DNA of 31,767 nt from a virus. Lineage: Duplodnaviria > Caudoviricetes. The notes under the pieces are model-generated. The model was not told the origin of the DNA. It did no database searches and saw only the letters and a list, made by a program, of their open reading frames with translations. Location: positions 1 to 31,767 of the IMG/VR virus record IMGVR_UViG_3300017721_000809, one strand, 5' to 3'. Shown here one piece after another: positions 20,001-26,317 of this stretch. The stretch's first letter is position 1. The number at the start of each line of letters is the position of its first letter. The translations under genes were made by a program, and so were the position numbers.

Positions 20001-23000
20001 AAATAAGATAAAAATTTATTACAAGAGTGCATCTTATGATCCTTCAGATGATGGGGATATTGTTACTGTAGAATCATATAACGATTTTAATTATTCAACT
20101 GAAGTTAAAGCATATAATGGTGTATTGAATACTGATATTATAGATTTAAGACCAAGAGTTAGTGATTATGTCACAACAACTTCTTCTAGATCTCCTTTAG
20201 AGTTTTTTGGTAGATCATTTAATGGTTTGGGAAATTCTGTTCCCAATATTTTAGCTTCTAATGAAACTATTTTCTTGGACTATGCATATTATCAAGGAAG
20301 AATTGATAGACTATTCTTACATAAAGATGGAAAATTCCAATTAAAATTTGGAGTTCCTTCAGACGATCCAACCAGGGCTAAACCAGAACCAATTGACAAT
20401 GCTATAGAAATTGCAGAAATACGTTATCCTCCCTATCTCCATAATGTACAGCAGGCATCCATAAAATTCCTGAAGTATAAGAGATTCCAAATGAAGGACA
20501 TTAAGCGATTGGAAGATCGCATAAAGAAATTGGAGTATTATACCCAACTCTCTTTACTTGAAACCAATACGGCAAATCAGTTTATTGGTGACGCTAATGG
20601 TCTTAATAGATTTAAATCTGGATTTTTTGTTGATAATTTCACATCATTTATTAGTCAAGAATTTGCACTTGCAAGAAGAAATAGTATTGACCAAACAAAT
20701 CAAATACTTAGACCAAAACATATTACAAATTCAGTTACTTTACAAACTGGACCAGTTGTTGATGTTAATCCAAATGAAGATAAGAGAAATTCTGCAATAG
20801 AAGGTGTTAATGTCAGAAAAGAAAATGATATTGTAAGTTTGGAATATAGTGAGGTTGAATGGGTAAGTCAAACATTTGCAACTAGAACCGAGAGTGTTAC
20901 ACCTTTCCTCATTAGTTTTTGGCAGGGAACTGTATCCTTAACACCATCTTCTGATAATTGGGTTACCCCAAATCAATTGAAAGCCAAAACAATTGATACT
21001 ATTGGCAACTATTCTCAGGTTATGGCTGAAGCAGAAAATAAGTTTGGAGTTGATCCAGAAACTGGTTTTGCTTCAGAACTATGGAATTCTTGGGAAAATA
21101 ATTGGTCTGGAACTACCACACAAGAAGAAACTACAATAACTGGTACATCAAATAGTTCCAGAACTTTTGGACGTGGTGGGTGGATTAATGGTGGTAGTGG
21201 TGGACCTGCTGCATGGGTTCGACAAACTTCTAGTCAAACACTTGAGCAAGATGTTGTTGAAACCATTGAAAGTGGTACAAAAACAAGAACTGGAACACAA
21301 TATCAAGTTGTTGAAACTTTTGAAGAAATAAATCTTGGACCAAAAGTTCTAAGTACAGAGATTATTTCTACTGTTAGATCTAGAAATGTTGAGTTTTCTT
21401 CTGCCAATCTAAAACCAAGTACACAGATCTATGCATTCTTTGATGGAAAGGATGTTACAAAATATTGTGTTCCAAAACTAATTGAAATTACTATGAGATC
21501 TGGAACATTCCAGGTTGGAGAATCTGTAGAAGGTAGAGTGCTTACTATTGGATTGAGTGAGGAAGGAAAAAATACAGATCCACAAATTGATTTTAGAGTA
21601 GCACAATCAAATCATAGAAAAGGTGATTATGATTCTCCAACCGAAGTTTACCCAGATAATCCTTATGTAAGTGGTGGTATAATTCCAGAATTATACTCTT
21701 CAACTTCTACAACTTTAAATGTAGATACGTATTCTCTTTCGAATCAACCACAAGGAGAATTCTTTGGTCATATTCAAACTGGAATGATTTTAAGTGGAAA
21801 AACTAGTGGTGCAGAAGCAGAGGTAACTAATGTTAGATTGATTACTGATACATCTTCGGCTTTAATTGGAAGTTTGTTCATTCCAGATCCTAATAATGGC
21901 GATAATCCCAAATTTGATACTGGAACTAATATTTTCACATTGACAAATGATCCAGATAATGATCAAAATTCTGCAACAACAATCGGTGAGCAAGCATATC
22001 CAACTTCAGGTATCATAGAAACTCTCCAGGATGAAATTCTATCAATTAGAAATGCAAGTATTGAAAATAAGCAAATATTTGCTGAAGAACCCATCAATAG
22101 GACTTTAGATACCGAAATTGTTTCAACAAGAAATATTGGTGCTCCAACTACAAGTGAAACAATTGTTGGATGGTATGATCCACTGGCACAATCTTTCTCT
22201 GTTGATCCAGAGAAAGATCCCGAAGGAGTATTTGTAACAAAATGCGATGTTTTCTTCCGTACAAAGGATGATGGAGAAACTCCTGTTAGATTCCAGATTA
22301 GATCAATGGAGAATGGTTTCCCAACTCCCAAGTATTTTGATTTATCGGAGGTTTTATTAACCCCAGACAATGTAAATACATCAACAGATGGATCTGTTGC
22401 AACCACATTTGAATTTGCTGCTCCAGTCTACCTTGAAGGTGGAAAAGAATATGCAATTTGTTTAATATCAAATTCAACAAAATATAGCGTTTATATTTCT
22501 AGAATTGGTGAAAATGATATTCTTACAGATTCATATATCTCGAATCAACCATATCTTGGATCCCTATTTAAATCGCAAAATGCTTCTACTTGGGAAGCAA
22601 GTCAGTGGGAAGATCTTAAATTTACAATGTATAGAGCAGACTTTGTAGAATCTGGAACTGTCGATTTATACAGTCCAGAACTTACAGAAGGTAATAAGCA
22701 AATTGCAAGTTTGATGGAAAATCCTTTGAATATTTCTTCTAAGGAAATTCGTGTAGGACTTGGGACAACAGTAGCAGATAATCGTTATGTTATGGGAAAT
22801 ACTTTCTCCCAAATCAACAATACTACTGCAACTGGAGATCTTGTTGGAGTTGCTGCAAGTGCCATAGGAACTATGACTGTTACAAATCCTGGAATAGGGT
22901 ATACTCCTGCAGATGGATCAAAAACTTTCTCTGGAGTTAATCTAGTTACAATTTCTGGATCAGGATCTGGTGCAGTTGCTGATGTCGCTATCAAAAATGG

Positions 23001-24675
23001 TGTTGCTATAGCAGCAACAATTAGTGGAAATGGTGGAGATGGTTATCAAGTTGGTGATGTAGTTTCAATTAATACTATTGGTGCTGCTAGTGTTGGAAGA
23101 AATTCTAGATTTACTTTAACATCTATAGGTCATACATCACAATTAGTACTTAATAATGTTCAGGGAGATTTTGTAACTGGTGCTGCAGGAACATTAACTT
23201 TCTTTGATAGCACTGGTGCTCTTAGAGAACTGAATAGCGGAACATTTAATGGAACTGCTTTTGGTGGAGATGTTACTATTAACGCATCAACGACAATATC
23301 TGATGGATTGCATGTCAAAGTTAATCATGTGAATCATGGAATGAATTTTGATGACAACTTCGTTAGAATTGTAGGAATTCTTCCTGATATTAAACCAACA
23401 AAACTAACGGCAGAATATTCTAAATCTTCCACAGATCCGATTTCGGTATCAAATGGTACAGGTGATACATTCAGCACGTTTGAAAATGTTTCTGTAGGTT
23501 CAACTAATACTGGATTGATTCTGATCGGAGATGAGGTTATAGAATATACTTCTACAACATCATCATCAATTGGTGGTAATATTTCTAGAGGAGCAACTCC
23601 CAAAACTTATCCAATTAATACTCCTGTTTATAAGTACGAATTGAGTGGGGTAAGTCTTGCGAGAATTAATAGAACACATGATCTAAATGATGTAACTGTT
23701 GCAAATCCAATAAATCTAGATTCATATCACATTAAACTTGACATGTCACAAAAGTATGGAACAGCAGGTCAATCTAGTAATGCTGATAGGTCATCCTCAG
23801 TATCAGGATTTCCAAAACTGTTCATAGGTGCAACTGATTCTACCGGTGGAGATAACGTAAAAGCTACTAAGAATATTCCTTTTGAGATTATTAAACCATC
23901 TATTCACAATGTTGCGGTTGAAGGAACCTCTGTTACTGGTCAGATAAGAACTACCACATCACAAAGTATTAGTGGTAATGAAATTCCTTATATTAATGTT
24001 GGATTTGAAGATGTTACATTAAATGTGAATAATTATCTTGATTCTCCAAGAGCAATTTTCTCAAAAGTAAATGAAGATCGCAAATTAAGTTCTGTTGAAG
24101 GTAATAAGTCTTTCCAAATGAGACTTTTCCTTGGCACAACAAATTCGAAATTGAGTCCTCAAATTGAACTCCAAAGATGTAGCATTTATGCAGTGTCTAA
24201 TAGAGTTAACAGTGAAATTCTAAATTATGCCGAGGATTCTAGAGTAAATACACTCTTTAATGATCCAAGTGCTTGTCAGTATATTTCTAAAGAAATAGAA
24301 TTAGAAAATCCCGCATCTTCCTTACAAATTGTAACTGATGCACAACTTCCAGCAGAGTGTGATATTAGAGCATTCTATTCCATTAGTGGAAATCCTGGAT
24401 TTGAACCCGTATTTACACCATTCCCAGGATATCTTAATATAAACTCAAGAGGTTTGACGATCAATGAGGAAGATTGTGATGGAAGAACTGATGTATTAGT
24501 ACCAAGTTCTAATAAGAGAGGATTTGGTTTAGCGGATACAAGTTTTATAGAGCATAAGTTCTCTGTAGATAATTTACCTTCTTTTAGAACTTATAGGATA
24601 AAACTTGTAATGACATCCACGAACCAAACACTTGTGCCTCAACTTAAAAATCTTAGAGTTATTGCTCTTGCATAA
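17014..24675 (+). CDS. Large virion structural protein, VrlC-like / DUF4815 family (2553 aa)
   Basis: MPQQTNLNVAPYFDDFD...KVLFKPGYPVQARELTTLQSILQNQ, APGADRLKI, LARRTYDESGHY, RFKSGFFVDNF, DPLAQSF and GSLFKSQNASTW...EDLKF are the recognisable blocks of this family, which follows gp8 in cyanomyoviruses. Confidence 0.85.
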   Translation: MPQQTNLNVAPYFDDFDPTNDYQKVLFKPGYPVQARELTTLQSILQNQVEKFGQHFFKEGAKVIPGNIGYSQLYYAVQLANNFQGVPVEAYVDQLVGTTITGQTSGVTAVVDSILSSSDSERGTVTLYVSYSGSSRLDNTTQTFSDGESLTCNQVISSGLLGNSTIAPGTPFANTLSNNATATGSVFQIEEGVYFIRGYFVNVNKESLVLDQYTNKPSYRVGLFVSEEIINANADESLNDNSQGFNNYGAPGADRLKISVSLFKKSIDDLNDDNFVELATIVNGDLKTSTNKRGSASRGNGAVFHDDLTDVLARRTYDESGHYVVRPFNVSIVNSLNNNLGNQGLYQPGQFTAGGTAANADLSVCKISPGKAYVRGYEIETISSTIIDSPKPRTTRTIENQFFNYNTGPTLKLNSVYRSPTVGVGNTFILSLRDERVGTNSEEAVGKEIGLARVFDFRLESGSYNSALPNDNEWGMSMYDIQPFTEIEVNESLSLSIPSYVEGSNSGATAFLRSPVVGTALTVYDKKGEFINNETLIFRSGISTSAQVVTINRVAKNITAYGISDVKSVYSNTGIGADPDNNENIAGINTFSANVVQTPSTIIGVASVTTFSSGISTVTSSNKLFPGNIKTNSLLQYSDISISDDPITAKVVSVGSSHITVTGVTTVTGVVSGKLPVSNFVASDLELLTTQLDPSSDNTLFTELPKENIATVDLTDAEINIRKTFTVNIANNQLDSTSLSTITLPEGETYLPYFDERYTLIRSDGATEPLSADKFEFSSNLREVQIRNLGTDNTGAQLVVTVKKSNVKAKKKIKNRVKTLIVDKSINPASGIGTTTLNDGLSYGSYAFGTRVQDNIISLNSPDIIEIHGIYETSDPSLSDTNFGSPEMILTQLNGPTSSTGDMIIGELLVGQTSGAVAVFGEVKSSNELRYLSKNNFKFIEGEVVSFQESLIEGLISTLNTTSFNIASNYTFSSGQRSTTYNHGSLTRKSDSNSPKNKIKIYYKSASYDPSDDGDIVTVESYNDFNYSTEVKAYNGVLNTDIIDLRPRVSDYVTTTSSRSPLEFFGRSFNGLGNSVPNILASNETIFLDYAYYQGRIDRLFLHKDGKFQLKFGVPSDDPTRAKPEPIDNAIEIAEIRYPPYLHNVQQASIKFLKYKRFQMKDIKRLEDRIKKLEYYTQLSLLETNTANQFIGDANGLNRFKSGFFVDNFTSFISQEFALARRNSIDQTNQILRPKHITNSVTLQTGPVVDVNPNEDKRNSAIEGVNVRKENDIVSLEYSEVEWVSQTFATRTESVTPFLISFWQGTVSLTPSSDNWVTPNQLKAKTIDTIGNYSQVMAEAENKFGVDPETGFASELWNSWENNWSGTTTQEETTITGTSNSSRTFGRGGWINGGSGGPAAWVRQTSSQTLEQDVVETIESGTKTRTGTQYQVVETFEEINLGPKVLSTEIISTVRSRNVEFSSANLKPSTQIYAFFDGKDVTKYCVPKLIEITMRSGTFQVGESVEGRVLTIGLSEEGKNTDPQIDFRVAQSNHRKGDYDSPTEVYPDNPYVSGGIIPELYSSTSTTLNVDTYSLSNQPQGEFFGHIQTGMILSGKTSGAEAEVTNVRLITDTSSALIGSLFIPDPNNGDNPKFDTGTNIFTLTNDPDNDQNSATTIGEQAYPTSGIIETLQDEILSIRNASIENKQIFAEEPINRTLDTEIVSTRNIGAPTTSETIVGWYDPLAQSFSVDPEKDPEGVFVTKCDVFFRTKDDGETPVRFQIRSMENGFPTPKYFDLSEVLLTPDNVNTSTDGSVATTFEFAAPVYLEGGKEYAICLISNSTKYSVYISRIGENDILTDSYISNQPYLGSLFKSQNASTWEASQWEDLKFTMYRADFVESGTVDLYSPELTEGNKQIASLMENPLNISSKEIRVGLGTTVADNRYVMGNTFSQINNTTATGDLVGVAASAIGTMTVTNPGIGYTPADGSKTFSGVNLVTISGSGSGAVADVAIKNGVAIAATISGNGGDGYQVGDVVSINTIGAASVGRNSRFTLTSIGHTSQLVLNNVQGDFVTGAAGTLTFFDSTGALRELNSGTFNGTAFGGDVTINASTTISDGLHVKVNHVNHGMNFDDNFVRIVGILPDIKPTKLTAEYSKSSTDPISVSNGTGDTFSTFENVSVGSTNTGLILIGDEVIEYTSTTSSSIGGNISRGATPKTYPINTPVYKYELSGVSLARINRTHDLNDVTVANPINLDSYHIKLDMSQKYGTAGQSSNADRSSSVSGFPKLFIGATDSTGGDNVKATKNIPFEIIKPSIHNVAVEGTSVTGQIRTTTSQSISGNEIPYINVGFEDVTLNVNNYLDSPRAIFSKVNEDRKLSSVEGNKSFQMRLFLGTTNSKLSPQIELQRCSIYAVSNRVNSEILNYAEDSRVNTLFNDPSACQYISKEIELENPASSLQIVTDAQLPAECDIRAFYSISGNPGFEPVFTPFPGYLNINSRGLTINEEDCDGRTDVLVPSSNKRGFGLADTSFIEHKFSVDNLPSFRTYRIKLVMTSTNQTLVPQLKNLRVIALA

Positions 24676-24676
24676 T

Positions 24677-24904
24677 ATGGAAATTTATACCGTAAAAGGA
24701 CATAAGGATCTCGCAAGAGATCCTAAAACCAATACTGTAATTAATGTAAATAATGCATCTTATGAACAGTATATTTCTAATCGTGAGATTAAAAATGAAA
24801 AGAATCAAAAAATGCAGTCAATAGAAGATGAAGTTGCTACCATTAAAGATGATATCAACGATATCAAGTCGTTACTTAAGGAGTTGTTAAATGGATCCAG
24901 ATAG
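24677..24904 (+). CDS. Small conserved hypothetical protein with a C-terminal coiled coil (75 aa)
   Basis: The ATG at 24677 is 1 nt after the upstream stop and is preferred to the track's start at 24632. VKGHKDLARDPKTNTVIN is followed by heptads (IEDEVATIKDDINDIKSLLKELL). Confidence 0.8.
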   Translation: MEIYTVKGHKDLARDPKTNTVINVNNASYEQYISNREIKNEKNQKMQSIEDEVATIKDDINDIKSLLKELLNGSR

Positions 24905-25073
24905 CATTGAACTAAGCAATTTATCAAAACAATTTGCTTACACTAAATTAGCATCACAAATAGATAGTTGTGATGACCGCGATGAACTAAAGAATATTGC
25001 AAAATCTTTTTGCAAATTATACTATAAACAGCAAGAGACAATGAAACTTATAGGAATTGCAAATGCCGAGTAG
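24891..25073 (+). CDS. 60-aa helical protein, candidate NblA-like phycobilisome degradation adaptor
   Basis: AAGGAG lies 7 nt upstream of the ATG and the ORF overlaps both neighbours, so it is very likely a real gene. The NblA resemblance (IELSNLSKQF...DRDELK...KLYYKQ) is by eye only, and the confidence refers to that product call. Confidence 0.5.
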   Translation: MDPDSIELSNLSKQFAYTKLASQIDSCDDRDELKNIAKSFCKLYYKQQETMKLIGIANAE

Positions 25074-25449
25074 AAGTATTACATTTAATCCTGATGCAGG
25101 AGTACCTTATAGTACAAATTTGACCATTTATGGTGGTTCTAATTTTAATACTACTTTTAATGTTACCGATAGTGCGAATACTAATTTTAATCTAACAGGT
25201 TATAGTGCATCTGCTGCTATGTCAAAGAGTGTATCTGTTGGTGCAACTCTAGGTATTACAGAATCATTTACAGTAGGAATTACTAGTGCTATTGGTGGTA
25301 AGTTGGAAATTTCTTTATCATCAACTACAACCAGAAATCTTACAGAAGGAAGATATGTATATGATGTTTTAATTAGAACTGGATCTACAACTCATACATT
25401 AGTAAATGGTAATATAATGGTAGTCCCAGTAGTATCTGCGGCACCATAA
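25063..25449 (+). CDS. Small beta-rich virion structural protein (Ig-like / BppU N-terminal-like), 128 aa
   Basis: ATG at 25063 preceded by AGGA (25052-25055). The pattern NLTIYGGSNF...NLTGYSA...GKLEISLS...GRYVYDVLI...LVNGNI is typical of small cyanophage virion proteins. Confidence 0.7.
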   Translation: MPSRSITFNPDAGVPYSTNLTIYGGSNFNTTFNVTDSANTNFNLTGYSASAAMSKSVSVGATLGITESFTVGITSAIGGKLEISLSSTTTRNLTEGRYVYDVLIRTGSTTHTLVNGNIMVVPVVSAAP

Positions 25450-25452
25450 ATA
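25445..25452 (+). promoter_or_regulatory. Late promoter core CATAAATA overlapping the upstream TAA stop
   Basis: 22 nt before the gp13 ATG. Confidence 0.75.
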
Positions 25453-25474
25453 CATTTAGGAAACTAGAGAATAA

Positions 25475-26317
25475 ATGGCTCAACCAGCAAGTAGAACAGA
25501 TCTAGTTAATTACTGTAAGAGGCAGCTAGGTGCTCCTGTATTGGAGATAAACGTTGCTGATGAGCAGATTGATGATTTAGTTGATGATGCGCTTCAGTAC
25601 TTCCATGAGAGGCATTTTGATGGTGTAGTTCAGACATATTTAAAATATAAAATAACTCAAGAAGATATTGATAGAGGTCAAGGGAGAGGTGGAACTAATC
25701 CCAGTGGACTTGTAACTACAACTGTAAATACATCTATTAGTGGTTCTCCAGTATCCTTTTCATATGAAGAGAATAGTAATTATATTCAAGTTCCTCCAGC
25801 AGTAATTGGTATCAATAAAATATTCAGATTTGATAGTAGCACAATATCTAATGGAATGTTTAGTCTTAAGTACCAGTTATTTTTAAATGATATATATTTC
25901 TTTAATTCAATGGAGATGTTGTCATATGCAATGACAAAAACTTATCTCTCAGATATTGACTTTTTATTAAACACTGAGAAGCAGATAAGATTCAATCAAA
26001 GGCAGGATAGATTATATCTAGATGTAGATTGGGCAAATGTAACTAAAGATGAGTATATTGTTTTAGATTGTTGGAGACTTTTAGATCCAAATGATTTTGC
26101 AAGAGTTTACAACGATTCATTCTTAAAAAGATATTTAACTGCTCTCATTAAAAGACAATGGGGTCAAAATTTAATTAAATTCCAAGGTGTTAAACTACCC
26201 GGTGGAATTGAGTTAAATGGAAGACAAATATATGATGACGCAGAGAAAGAATTAGATAAGATTAAAGAGGTAATGTCGAATACATATGAATTACCACCAC
26301 TTGATATGATAGGCTAA
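25475..26317 (+). CDS. gp13: Neck protein gp13 (head-tail adaptor)
   Basis: 280 aa. YCKRQLGAPVLEINV...DDALQYFHERHFDG and KRQWGQNLIKFQGVKLPGGIELNG are T4 gp13 motifs. Confidence 0.95.
   Translation: MAQPASRTDLVNYCKRQLGAPVLEINVADEQIDDLVDDALQYFHERHFDGVVQTYLKYKITQEDIDRGQGRGGTNPSGLVTTTVNTSISGSPVSFSYEENSNYIQVPPAVIGINKIFRFDSSTISNGMFSLKYQLFLNDIYFFNSMEMLSYAMTKTYLSDIDFLLNTEKQIRFNQRQDRLYLDVDWANVTKDEYIVLDCWRLLDPNDFARVYNDSFLKRYLTALIKRQWGQNLIKFQGVKLPGGIELNGRQIYDDAEKELDKIKEVMSNTYELPPLDMIG

Noticed and set aside
7234-20800. Short + strand alternate-frame ORFs (7234-7416, 13642-13824, 14266-14487, 20558-20800)
   Set aside because: They are nested in long genes and have the Leu/Ile/Gln/Met-rich composition typical of shifted-frame translations of AT-rich codons.
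3180-24675. Intein, intron or homing endonuclease as the cause of the giant ORFs
   Set aside because: The frames are uninterrupted, and I recognised no Hint splice motifs or LAGLIDADG, HNH or GIY-YIG signatures. The length is explained by structural repeats.
17014-24675. Virulence-factor interpretation of the VrlC-like gene
   Set aside because: The name is historical; the position between gp8 and the neck genes indicates a virion structural protein.
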